Part shown: positions 17,912 through 26,256 of the stretch, piece by piece
Numbering within the stretch: the stretch's first letter is position 1
Layout of the letters: every line of letters begins with the position of its first letter
Sequence record: MK308637.1
Strand: one strand, 5' to 3'
Length of the DNA stretch: 32,000 nt
From: Microbacterium phage Schubert
Made by a program: the position numbers and the translations under genes
The notes under the pieces: model-generated
Told to the model about the DNA's origin: nothing
The model's database searches: none
Seen by the model: the letters and a program-made list of their open reading frames with translations, nothing else

Positions 17912-18577
17912 CTAGCGGGTCCAGCCGAGAAGGTGGTTGAGCCGTGCGATCGACGGCTTGGTCAGGTACGGAGGCTTGCCGTGGTAGGTACGGCTCCGCG
18001 CTCCAGCCACAATGTTGGGAGTCGGCGTGAGCCAGAGGCGACGCACGGGTCGGTCGTTGATGTTGGCGATGTACAGCCGACCGATGACATCCGACATGGT
18101 GAGCAGGGACTTGGCGGCACCGGGCGGAAGGTCGACCGTCACGCTGGCCGACTGCTCCTCGTCATCGTCGTCGCTGGTCCAGTCCTCCGTGGGGAGAACC
18201 ATCTTCTCCTGGCAGAGAACGATGACCTCTTTCTTCTCCTCCCTCAAGGTGCGCAGGAGCGTGGCGAAGCCGTTGTTGGCCATGCCGTAGTGCTGCTGTG
18301 ACGGGGTTCCGCCCTTCGCCGCCTCCGACAGGAACAGGTCGTACAGCGATGTGGCCGTGTCCATCACGATCCGGTCATGCTTGGCCAGGAAGGTGGCGTT
18401 GATGCTCCGGTTGATCCCCTTGGTGCTGAGGTCGTCCACGATGGTAAACCCATCGGTGTCGATACCGACCAGACCCTGGTCCGCGTTGAGGATAGCCGTC
18501 TTGCCCTTCGGAGCGTCAGCGAGAGACAGCGTGGTCTTACCGACCTTCGGCTTGCTGTAGATGGTGTAGATGGTCAC
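17912..18577 (-). CDS. Sak4-like RecA-fold ATPase
   Basis: MTIYTIYSKPKVGKTTLSLADAPKGKTAILNADQGL...DRIVMDTATSLYDLF: phage AAA/RecA-like recombinase pattern. Confidence 0.75.
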   Translation of the reverse strand: MTIYTIYSKPKVGKTTLSLADAPKGKTAILNADQGLVGIDTDGFTIVDDLSTKGINRSINATFLAKHDRIVMDTATSLYDLFLSEAAKGGTPSQQHYGMANNGFATLLRTLREEKKEVIVLCQEKMVLPTEDWTSDDDDEEQSASVTVDLPPGAAKSLLTMSDVIGRLYIANINDRPVRRLWLTPTPNIVAGARSRTYHGKPPYLTKPSIARLNHLLGWTR

Positions 18578-19797
18578 GGCTTCTTCTTTCCCTTCTTCTG
18601 GTTGGGGTAGTAGTCCAGCGGGTCGCGCGTGGTCACGTACCTCGTCTTCTGCTCAATCTCGCTGGTGCCGTGCATCAGGTCGGCGACCGTCAGGTCCTTG
18701 TAGTTGCACATGTATCCAGAGCACGCATGCAGGTTGCGCTCGACGCAGTCGGGGTCGTCCCACTTGTAGTTTAGCATGCGACGTGCTGAAGTCACAAACG
18801 ACTTGTACTGCCTGCGAGCCTGATCATCCGTGAAGGTCATCTTGTCCCGGCGGAAGAGGTCGGTATAGTCCCTGTTCTGAAGCTCCACCAGGAACTCCTC
18901 AACGTAGGCACGCTCCTTGGGGTCCTCGATAGCGAGGAGGTCCTTGCCACGGATGGTCGTGAGCATGCCGTTGTCCCGGAGCCACTCCTTGAACACGGGC
19001 AGGGTCGTGCCTCCCGGCTTCAGCACGCGGCTGATCTTGCCGGTCGTCGTCAGAGACGGGCGCTTGATGGCGCTGGTCTTGCAGTAGTCGTAGATGAACC
19101 CCTTGGGCTGAGGAAGAGGCTTGCCCTTGTAACGCAGAGCCGCGTAGGCAGGTGAAGTCTGGCATGCCCAGAGGTACGAGTAGTGCTGGAAGGCCAGCTC
19201 ACGATAGCGCCAGTCAGGGAGTGTCGCGTGAGTCTTGTGATCACCCAGCCAGACATCACCATTCTCGTCAATCCAGATGATGTCGATCCGACCACGGTAC
19301 AGCGCCTTACCGCCGAACATCGGGCGCTCCACCGTCAGCTCTACTGCGACAGGCGTGAGCTTTTCGGTACGGTAGACCCACTCGTAGCTGAGGAGGATGT
19401 TGTAGCACTCCTCGGCCAGGGCATCTACCTCTTCTTCGAACTGCTCGAGCCGTGCCTTCTCCAGAATCTCCTGGTGCTTCGCACGCCAGTCCCCTCCACG
19501 ACCCCTCTCCTCGAGCAGAGCGTGGACCCAGGTGCCACGGGTGAGAGGCTTGGACTCAATACGAGGACGGAGTCCCAGGACGATACTGTAGTACGTCTCT
19601 CGAGGGCACTCAACGAACCCGCTGACCATACTCTGGGTGAGCACGAGCTTTCCGTCATCCGTCGTAGGCCACATGCCTCGAGGACCATTCCAGCGCTTCG
19701 ATCCGGGCTTGGTCCCGGTGCTGGGGAGCTTCTTCGCTCCTCGGCGCTCAGTACTCTGCAAGGGGTTCTCCTCCCCAGCATCGCGAGATCGTGACAT
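18574..19797 (-). CDS. Cas4-like PD-(D/E)XK exonuclease with Fe-S cluster cysteines
   Basis: VSGFVECPRETYYSIVLGL...GTWVHALLEE...ALYRGRIDIIWIDENGDVWLGDHKT...DCVERNLHACSGYMCNYKDL. The track start 19941 lies well inside the polymerase gene; an internal ATG at 19797 is proposed but uncertain. Confidence 0.8.
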   Translation of the reverse strand: MSRSRDAGEENPLQSTERRGAKKLPSTGTKPGSKRWNGPRGMWPTTDDGKLVLTQSMVSGFVECPRETYYSIVLGLRPRIESKPLTRGTWVHALLEERGRGGDWRAKHQEILEKARLEQFEEEVDALAEECYNILLSYEWVYRTEKLTPVAVELTVERPMFGGKALYRGRIDIIWIDENGDVWLGDHKTHATLPDWRYRELAFQHYSYLWACQTSPAYAALRYKGKPLPQPKGFIYDYCKTSAIKRPSLTTTGKISRVLKPGGTTLPVFKEWLRDNGMLTTIRGKDLLAIEDPKERAYVEEFLVELQNRDYTDLFRRDKMTFTDDQARRQYKSFVTSARRMLNYKWDDPDCVERNLHACSGYMCNYKDLTVADLMHGTSEIEQKTRYVTTRDPLDYYPNQKKGKKKP

Positions 19798-21601
19798 CCG
19801 CTTTGAGGAAGTACTTCTGTTCGAGACCATCGTCAGCCATCTCCATTGTCTCTTTGATGATTCGGGCCACTTTTCGAGCTGTCTTATACGGGGCAGTAAG
19901 ACAGACGGAGTCGTGAACCGTGGTAACAAGTTTAGCGCCAAGGTCTCGGAGGCGCAAGTCCCTAGCCAACCTAGCCAAGCTGATCAGCATGAAGTCAGAA
20001 CCAGTAGACTGCACGGGAGCATTGATGGCCTGACGGAATGCGTTCTCCTGAACCCAGTAGTCGTCATTGTAGACGCGGGGAAGGTGCCGGAACCGCCCGA
20101 AGGCATTCGGTACTCCCCCGTGCTCGAGGGCGAACTTCCTCTGCTTACGATACCACTCAGGCAGAGCGCTGAAGGTGTTGAAGTACTCCTCCCGGAAGGC
20201 CTCTGCCTCCTTGGACGTAATGATCACACCGTAAGACTCCTGCAGGTAGTCCGCGAAGTGCTTGGCATGCATCCCGTACAGGAAGCCGAAGTTGACTCCC
20301 TTGGCGAGGCTACGATGCTCTTTGGTGACCTCTCCACCACGCACCAGTCGCTCGGCCATATACTGATGGATGTCCTCGCCAGCCTCGAACAGGCCGATCA
20401 TGGTGCGCTCGTTGGCCATGACAGCGGCCACTCGCAACTCCAGCTGGCTGAAGTCCGCCTCGATCCAGGCTCGTCCCTTCTCCCCGAAGAGGTTACGTGT
20501 GGCCTTGTCACGTGGAATCTGCTGTGAGTTGATGCCGGGGTTGTCCGCACCGGGGGAGGAGCTACTCAGACGACCGGTGACCGTGCCAGTGAGCTTGAAG
20601 CTGGTGGATACCTTGCCATCAACGACTCGGTCCGTGAGAGGCACCAGGAACCCAGTCAGGTTCTTGTACAGCGTCGACCTCTCGCTGAGAAGACGCGCGG
20701 CAGGGTGGTCGATCTTGGAGAGAGCCTCCTGCGACAGACTGGGGTTCCCCTCCGGCCAGGTCTTGGTCGGCTTGCCACGAGACGGGCAGAGAGCACCCTG
20801 ATACTCGTAGAGCCACCACTTAGTCCAGTTGGTAGATCCCCACTTGGGCTTCGTCTTCTGGAGCCACTCGGGCCACTGGTCTTTGGGAGGGATGCTTGCA
20901 TCCAGAGTCTTCTCGATCTCGTGGATACGAGCCTCGACCTTCTCCCGTGCAGATGCGACCATCTTGGTTCGCACCGGCAGTCGGTTGTCCTCCATCTGAG
21001 TGAGAGGCTCGATAGCAGGGATCATGATCTCCTGCATGACCCGTACCGGGTTCTCCCCAGGCTTGAGGTTCTTGCGGATGTACGCCTTCTGCCACTTCAT
21101 CAGTTCACGAGTGATGTGGACATCCTTGCCAGCGTAGATGCTGACACGCTTCTTGGCCTTGGCTGGCAGACGGCGCTCAGACCACATCTGGCCGAACGTG
21201 GTGCCGAACTCCGACACGTCATCCTGTGCCCAGTCCTTGTACCCCAGCAGACGCTGTCCCAATTCCTTGAGGCCGATGGGATGGTTCTCATCCAGCAGGT
21301 GCGCCATGAACATCGTGTCCCAGTAGATACTGATCCGGGACCCGTGGGCAGTGAGCCAGCGCTTGTCGAACGGGCTGTTGTGGGCCACACCACGCTTGAT
21401 GCGGAGCTTGGCAATGTCCTCGAGGGACTGAGGCCACCAGACCATCACGTCATCGCGGTCGTACGGTGCGAACGCAACACAGAGGATCTGACCCTTGCCG
21501 ACAGTCAGCGAGGTGGTCTCGATATCGAAGATGAGTGGTGCTGTGCTCTGCGCGAGATACGCCTGAACTTCAGCCCACTCATCACTGATGAGCAGGTGCA
21601 T
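19748..21601 (-). CDS. Family A DNA polymerase with 3'-5' exonuclease domain
   Basis: MHLLISDEW... start with AGGAG upstream; exo motifs LIFDIETTSL and VAHNSPFDKRW; pol motifs ADFSQLELRVAA, RSLAKGVNFGFLYG, VTTVHDSV. Confidence 0.93.
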   Translation of the reverse strand: MHLLISDEWAEVQAYLAQSTAPLIFDIETTSLTVGKGQILCVAFAPYDRDDVMVWWPQSLEDIAKLRIKRGVAHNSPFDKRWLTAHGSRISIYWDTMFMAHLLDENHPIGLKELGQRLLGYKDWAQDDVSEFGTTFGQMWSERRLPAKAKKRVSIYAGKDVHITRELMKWQKAYIRKNLKPGENPVRVMQEIMIPAIEPLTQMEDNRLPVRTKMVASAREKVEARIHEIEKTLDASIPPKDQWPEWLQKTKPKWGSTNWTKWWLYEYQGALCPSRGKPTKTWPEGNPSLSQEALSKIDHPAARLLSERSTLYKNLTGFLVPLTDRVVDGKVSTSFKLTGTVTGRLSSSSPGADNPGINSQQIPRDKATRNLFGEKGRAWIEADFSQLELRVAAVMANERTMIGLFEAGEDIHQYMAERLVRGGEVTKEHRSLAKGVNFGFLYGMHAKHFADYLQESYGVIITSKEAEAFREEYFNTFSALPEWYRKQRKFALEHGGVPNAFGRFRHLPRVYNDDYWVQENAFRQAINAPVQSTGSDFMLISLARLARDLRLRDLGAKLVTTVHDSVCLTAPYKTARKVARIIKETMEMADDGLEQKYFLKADVTISRCWGGEPLAEY

Positions 21602-21641
21602 AGGTGGACTCCTACGGTATGGGGCATGTTCTATTGTGCTG

Positions 21642-21725
21642 TAGGCTACCCAGGATTCGAACCTGGACACGGGCTACGGGGATACTCCCCTGAACTCCCT
21701 GCTCTGCCGATTGAGCTAGTAGCCT
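21642..21725 (-). tRNA. tRNA-like element with intact acceptor, D and T arms but atypical anticodon arm; isotype not assignable
   Basis: - strand AGGCTAC...GTAGCCT acceptor pairing, GCTC AATCGGCA GAGC D arm, CCAGG TTCGAAT CCTGG T arm; central region GGGAGTTCAGGGGAGTATCCCCGTAGCCC does not form a standard 5-bp/7-nt anticodon arm. Confidence 0.6.
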
Positions 21726-21732
21726 TGGGATG

Positions 21733-21773
21733 CAGAACCCCCAGCACCGAATGGTCAGGTACTGGGGGTTCTG
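21733..21773 (-). terminator. Stem-loop between the 21784-22167 gene and tRNA-like element
   Basis: CAGAACCCCCAG (21733-21744) / CTGGGGGTTCTG (21762-21773) 12-bp perfect arms, plus inner ACC/GGT pairing. No obvious U tract. Confidence 0.55.
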
Positions 21774-21783
21774 GTCGACCGGC

Positions 21784-22167
21784 TCAGCGGGTCGGGCGAC
21801 GGCGAGTCGTCTTCGCCGGAGCCTTCTTGGCCGGAGCGGCCTTGGTCGCCTTCGCCGTAGCCTTCTTGGCGGCAGGCTTGGCCTGAGCCTCGCCCTTGAC
21901 CGGCTTCTCGATCTCCCAGCCGCTGGGGAGCTCGTCGACGTTGGCGATGGCGCGGTCGACAAGACCGTCGAAGTCGCCGGCCTCGATCGCCTCGACGAAC
22001 GCCTGGAAGGCGATGGCGCGCATGGCCTTGTAACGGTTCTTCTGGACGTCGATGCCCGTGGCCTCGATGACTCGGACGATGCCCTCGTTGACGATCTGCT
22101 TCGCCGTGGGCTCGGGGGCCTCCTCGACGACCTCGTCGTCCAGGACAGCCGCAGTGCTCTTCGCCAT
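21784..22167 (-). CDS. Small protein with histone-H1/HU-like Lys/Ala-rich basic tail
   Basis: MAKSTAAVLDDEVVEEAPEPTAKQIVNEGIVRVIEATGIDVQKN...KPAAKKATAKATKAAPAKKAPAKTTRRRPTR; RBS CAAGGAGAACATCATG. Confidence 0.7.
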   Translation of the reverse strand: MAKSTAAVLDDEVVEEAPEPTAKQIVNEGIVRVIEATGIDVQKNRYKAMRAIAFQAFVEAIEAGDFDGLVDRAIANVDELPSGWEIEKPVKGEAQAKPAAKKATAKATKAAPAKKAPAKTTRRRPTR

Positions 22168-22261
22168 GATGTTCTCCTTGATGTGATGTGGCTTGAGGTT
22201 GAAGTGCTCCCTCAGGTCTGGTTCGTTTGCCGGGAGCTGGTGTCACTTACTGACAAGAACT

Positions 22262-22290
22262 AGTATTGCCCATCTGTGCACGTAGCGCAA
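22262..22290 (-). promoter_or_regulatory. Sigma-70-like promoter: TTGCGC-17-AATACT
   Basis: + strand AGTATT 22262-22267, 17 bp, GCGCAA 22285-22290; upstream sequence CCCAAACCGAAAATTTC resembles other family members. Confidence 0.65.
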
Positions 22291-22308
22291 GCCCAAACCG
22301 AAAATTTC

Positions 22309-23703
22309 TCAGGAATTTTTCTGAGCCCTACCGGCTCTAGACTTTTTGATCCTTGCCACTACCTCGGTCAGGTGGTCATGGTCCTCCTGCAGGGTTACCC
22401 ACACGTCCTCGTCCACGGTTCCCTTACCGCACAGGAACCAGACCGTAGGGCTGGCCGGGGACAGCTTGATACGGTCACTAGCCTGCTTGAACGTCACGTA
22501 GTTGAAGTCGCTGGTATACCAGATGAGGTCGTTGGCCACCGAGATGTCCACGGCCATGGACACCGTTCTCGGCTGGACCAGAAGCACACGTGCGTCCTCA
22601 TCTCGCTGGAAGTCCTCGATTACGTGATTCTTGTTGGGAGTCGCTCCAGTGATGATGAGGTACCCGAGACCCTTGTGCCGGAGGTACCTGGCCACGAGCT
22701 TGACTTCGTGCAGGTGCGTGCAGGCAATGATGACCTTGCCCTTGGCCCTACCGAGCACCCTCCCCAGCACCGTGAGACGGCGACGTGCCGCTGTCGGTAC
22801 CGTGAAGCTGGTGCCGTCCTCATCCTTAGCCCATCCGGCCACCAGAGTCCGCATTCGCAGGAGCCGGGTCAGCGGGTTCAGTCCCAGTACAATGTGGCCG
22901 TGCATCTCCACCAGACCGTCCTTGAGGAGAGCCTGATGCTGTTCGAGTACCTCGGAGGGCACCGGGTAGACCACCTTGCGGATAGGTACGGGGTCTCCTG
23001 CCCCGGTCATGGTGATGACGTTCGGCTGGAGGTACTGGTTCAGCTCCGCCTGATTCCTGGGACGGACCAACTCAGGGAATCCCTTGACGTTGGTCCACTC
23101 ACCGAAGTGCTCCCGGAAGTCCCGAGCAGAAGGCCAGTGATCCCGTATGCTGGGGTCGAGGAATGTCCACTGGCCGTACACAGCATCTATCTGGTTCGGG
23201 TTCGTGACCGGGGTCCCAGTCATCAGGAGACGGTAGTGCCAGTGATCCGCCAGAGGCCGGATGTTACGACCCGTGATGCTGGACGGAGTCTTGATGATGT
23301 GGCTCTCATCCAGGAGCATGGCACCCTGGCCACCACACAGCCGGGACATCTCAGACAGGAAGGGCTTCAGCCTCTGGAAGGGTGCTTTGGTGAATTGCTC
23401 GTAGTTCACGAACAGAATGGTGATGCCCTTGAACGACTTGGGGTCTGGGTACTCGTTGCCTGCCGTGAGGGGGAAGAAGCGATACTCAGTGCTCAGCCAC
23501 TTAGCCGCCTCGGTACGCCAGGTGGCCTCTGCAACCTTCGGTCCCACCACCACAGCCACACGGGGTCGGATGTGCTGGAGCCAGAGCAGGGCGACTGCCG
23601 TCTTGCCAGAACGCGGCTCTGCCCAGAGAGCGGCGAAGTGCCTACCCGGTTCGGTAAGCCTCTCCAGCGCTACTCTCTGGGCATCCCTGAGTACCAGGGT
23701 CAT
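22309..23703 (-). CDS. SNF2-like DEAD/DEAH helicase
   Basis: LWAEPRSGKTAVALLWL (Walker A), GAMLLDESHIIKT (DExH), MTGTPVTNPNQIDAVYGQWTFLDP, RVLLVQPRTVSMAVDISVANDLIWY. Confidence 0.85.
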   Translation of the reverse strand: MTLVLRDAQRVALERLTEPGRHFAALWAEPRSGKTAVALLWLQHIRPRVAVVVGPKVAEATWRTEAAKWLSTEYRFFPLTAGNEYPDPKSFKGITILFVNYEQFTKAPFQRLKPFLSEMSRLCGGQGAMLLDESHIIKTPSSITGRNIRPLADHWHYRLLMTGTPVTNPNQIDAVYGQWTFLDPSIRDHWPSARDFREHFGEWTNVKGFPELVRPRNQAELNQYLQPNVITMTGAGDPVPIRKVVYPVPSEVLEQHQALLKDGLVEMHGHIVLGLNPLTRLLRMRTLVAGWAKDEDGTSFTVPTAARRRLTVLGRVLGRAKGKVIIACTHLHEVKLVARYLRHKGLGYLIITGATPNKNHVIEDFQRDEDARVLLVQPRTVSMAVDISVANDLIWYTSDFNYVTFKQASDRIKLSPASPTVWFLCGKGTVDEDVWVTLQEDHDHLTEVVARIKKSRAGRAQKNS

Positions 23704-23966
23704 CGGCCGAACGCCTGCCTGAAGCCCGTGGCAACATTCTCCACGAACTCCTGGTAAGAGCGGGCCAGGAGACCGATCAGCCGCCCGAACTCCTGTGCCG
23801 CCTGCTGGGTCTGCACTAGCGCCTCCTCGGCACGCTCCCGGTCGACCTTGGCCGCGTATTCCTCGGGGGTCATGCCCTCGAGCCGTGCCATCGCGATGAG
23901 GTAGTTCCGCTCGATGCCGAGCTGTACCCTACGGTTCGCCGCCTTGATTTCCTTGTCGACGTCCAT
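23700..23966 (-). CDS. Hypothetical protein
   Basis: 88 aa ORF overlapping the helicase start; MDVDKEIKAANRRVQLGIERNYLIAMARLEGMTPEEYAAK. Confidence 0.6.
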   Translation of the reverse strand: MDVDKEIKAANRRVQLGIERNYLIAMARLEGMTPEEYAAKVDRERAEEALVQTQQAAQEFGRLIGLLARSYQEFVENVATGFRQAFGR

Positions 23967-24247
23967 CAGTTGATCTCCCTGAGTCGGTACGTGATGCGGA
24001 ACAGGACCGCGTTCGCCGAGTAGTCAACACAGCGCTCCCAGTCCTGCTCCCAGTAGAATCCCTTGGGAGGGTCGGGGAGTATGCGCCTCATACGATCATC
24101 CTCGGCACCCAGCTTCCAGATAAGCTCGAGCACGGCCGGACTGGTGTGGCCGACCTGAGCCTCGAGCTGTTCCTCGGTGATCTGGAAGGTGTGCGTGTGG
24201 AGCTTCTGCACCGTAGGTAGGTGGAGCGGCTCATACTCCCCGAACAT
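23966..24247 (-). CDS. Hypothetical protein
   Basis: MFGEYEPLHLPTVQKLHTHTFQITEEQLEAQVGHTSP...; internal start adjacent to the upstream stop at 24249, instead of the 24421 start in the track. Confidence 0.55.
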   Translation of the reverse strand: MFGEYEPLHLPTVQKLHTHTFQITEEQLEAQVGHTSPAVLELIWKLGAEDDRMRRILPDPPKGFYWEQDWERCVDYSANAVLFRITYRLREIN

Positions 24248-24248
24248 G

Positions 24249-24986
24249 TCATGCCCCCAGGTCCGCCGCGCCAGACTCGATGATGGCCTCGAGGTTCGGC
24301 TTGAAGTAGTTCGGACCCTTCTTGACACGGCCAGGGAAGACGCCATCGGGGTCGTTCTCCTGAGCGATGATGGGCTTGCCGTCCGCACCGAACTTGGACA
24401 TGTTGCTCCGATGGACCTCATCGAAGAGAGGAGCCGCGTTGATGCCCATCTCCACCAGGAGGCCGAACGTCACGTAGAGAAGGTCGATGCAGGCATCAGC
24501 CGTCTCCACGAGATCGCCCTTATACAGAGCGGGCATCAGCTCGTCCTCGAACTCTTCACGGATGAGCTCGATCCGCACCGGCACGCGGTCCTTGGGCAGG
24601 GACCGGGCATAGGTGCCGACCGGCTGACCCATACCCTGCTGGAACTCCCGAACCTGCTCCTGCATGACGTTGAGCGGCTGGATTCCCAGGTTCTGCTGGA
24701 GACGGGCCAGCACGTAGTCCCTGGACTCAGTGTGGCCGACCGTCTCGTACGTCTCCCAGAAGATGTCCGGCTTGCAGGGGTAGAACTCTCCTGCGACACC
24801 CTTGATGACGTAGTCACCGAAGTTGGCGGCCATGTATCCCTCGAGAGTCTTGATCTGCAGGAAGGTCGTGTCCTCCTGAGTTCCCTGGATGACCGTGCCG
24901 TTACACCACTTGGCCACATCCTGAATGGACTTGGGGGTCACGAGCTGAGCCTCGACGGTGACGGGCTTCTTACGGTAGGTGCTCAC
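24249..24986 (-). CDS. Fusion of phage PGDYG-like domain and MazG-like nucleotide pyrophosphohydrolase
   Basis: N-term TTFLQIKTLEGYMAANFGDYVIKGVAGEFYPCKPDIFWETYE; C-term RIELIREEFEDELMPALYKGDLVETADACIDLLYVTFGLLVEMGI (EExxE...ExxD MazG-like helix pattern). Confidence 0.7.
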   Translation of the reverse strand: MSTYRKKPVTVEAQLVTPKSIQDVAKWCNGTVIQGTQEDTTFLQIKTLEGYMAANFGDYVIKGVAGEFYPCKPDIFWETYETVGHTESRDYVLARLQQNLGIQPLNVMQEQVREFQQGMGQPVGTYARSLPKDRVPVRIELIREEFEDELMPALYKGDLVETADACIDLLYVTFGLLVEMGINAAPLFDEVHRSNMSKFGADGKPIIAQENDPDGVFPGRVKKGPNYFKPNLEAIIESGAADLGA

Positions 24987-25639
24987 TGGGGGTTTCCTTT
25001 CCTCTCGCGCCGGACAGCGCGCTGTTCCTTCTCGAATGCTTCGGTCATGCGGTCGACCTCATCCCAATTCACCAGACGAGGGTCCTTGGGGTCCTCACTG
25101 CTGAACGGGCTGATGACGATCTGGATGGCCTCTGCGAACCCACGGGCCTCGTTGCGGAGGTCGGCCTTGGCCTTGGGGTCGTCTTCCTCGTCGGCCATCT
25201 TGGCCAACTCGTTGTAGCTGTTGTACAGCTTCCGGGTGATCTGGGCACCGACAACGTCCCCGGCCTTGAGCACGCTGTTGAATCTCACACGCTTGTCGGT
25301 AACGTGCTGGAAGGCGCTGGTGGTGATGTACCGAGCGATCTCCTCGCTGGTCTCGTAGCCAGCGTCCAGAGCGGCCTCAATAGCGTCCGTGATGACGTCG
25401 ATCGTGGTGACCTTGCCCTCCCGCATAGCCTCCCGGTCGTCAATCACCGCGAAGATGATGCCGCGACCGCTGTACACCGGATCGGCGTGCGCCCGTGTCT
25501 TCTTAGTCACCTTGTTCTCCTTCGGGTACTTCTGTAGGATGAGCCCTTCGTTACGGTAGCGGAGTAGTTCCGCCGCCGCCTCGAGCCGTGTGGCCGGTGA
25601 CAGGCGCTTGTCCTGCGACCGGGAGACCAGAACCCCCAC
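24983..25639 (-). CDS. Hypothetical protein (start uncertain)
   Basis: Open frame to 25729 in the track; GTG at 25639 (VGVLVSRSQDKRLSPATRLEAAAELLRYRNEG...) avoids most overlap with the kinase gene. Confidence 0.5.
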   Translation of the reverse strand: MGVLVSRSQDKRLSPATRLEAAAELLRYRNEGLILQKYPKENKVTKKTRAHADPVYSGRGIIFAVIDDREAMREGKVTTIDVITDAIEAALDAGYETSEEIARYITTSAFQHVTDKRVRFNSVLKAGDVVGAQITRKLYNSYNELAKMADEEDDPKAKADLRNEARGFAEAIQIVISPFSSEDPKDPRLVNWDEVDRMTEAFEKEQRAVRRERKGNPQ

Positions 25640-25676
25640 CTTGAACAGGTGGTCAAGATGAGGGTGCTGTACTGAC

Positions 25677-26255
25677 TCAGCCGATCTGCTGGTCGACACA
25701 GCGGAACATCTCCAACAGCTCCTCGTCACTCCTCACTTCGTGGTCCTGGTCATCCTGCCAGGGGTACACAGGACCGGCGTACTCCGCCAAGCGCTGGGAG
25801 TACTCCCCGGTTTCCAGGTTGTTGGAGACGACAACGACGGAGATATCCCGGAAGAGCTTGAACTCCATCACGTGGTTCATCATCATCAGGTAGGTGGCCG
25901 TGGTCATGTACGACTGGTTGACCTCCTTGAGAGCACCCTTTTCGTACAGCTCGTCCTTGATGACGTTGGCACTGTCCCCCTCGTGAATCTTGATCACCAG
26001 GTGCGTGTCGGGCATGGCGAACACAGTGCGCACACGGGCGTCGTTCCACTCGTGAGTGGGCATGGCCAGCCGGTACACCATGTGCGTCAGCCAGTCGAGC
26101 CGGTCGTAGGTGACCACGTCGTCAGAACCGAAGCGATTCCGGTTCTCCTCGTGCATCTCCTTGGTGGCGTTGTAGAACGCTCCCCCCGTGGTGCTGAGGA
26201 GGCCAGCGCTGGTGCTCTTGCCGGTCTTGTCCGGACCATCGAATGCGATAAACAT
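25677..26255 (-). CDS. P-loop nucleoside/nucleotide kinase
   Basis: MFIAFDGPDKTGKSTSAGLLS (Walker A), VVTYDRLDWLTHMVYRLAMP; RBS AGGAGAAC. Confidence 0.7.
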   Translation of the reverse strand: MFIAFDGPDKTGKSTSAGLLSTTGGAFYNATKEMHEENRNRFGSDDVVTYDRLDWLTHMVYRLAMPTHEWNDARVRTVFAMPDTHLVIKIHEGDSANVIKDELYEKGALKEVNQSYMTTATYLMMMNHVMEFKLFRDISVVVVSNNLETGEYSQRLAEYAGPVYPWQDDQDHEVRSDEELLEMFRCVDQQIG

Positions 26256-26256
26256 G

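Noticed and set aside
18574-19797. CRISPR-Cas association of the Cas4-like gene
   Set aside because: No spaced direct repeats, no Cas1/Cas2 or effector genes; the context (Sak4-like ATPase, ssDNA-binding protein, polymerase) indicates a phage recombination/replication nuclease.
21602-21670. N-terminal extension of the DNA polymerase (MSRFESWVAYSTIEHAPYRRSPP)
   Set aside because: Overlaps the tRNA-like sequence and lacks an SD; the ATG at 21601 has a good AGGAG and starts just before the exonuclease domain.
20705-21886. 393-aa + strand ORF
   Set aside because: Antisense to the DNA polymerase gene and crosses the tRNA-like element.
22308-22325. Short CTCAG/CTGAG hairpin at the 3' end of the helicase gene as terminator
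   Set aside because: Stem of only 5 bp in an AT-rich patch overlapping the upstream region of a promoter; too weak to call.
22276-23757. 493-aa + strand ORF
   Set aside because: Antisense to the SNF2-like helicase, which has clear Walker A and DExH motifs.
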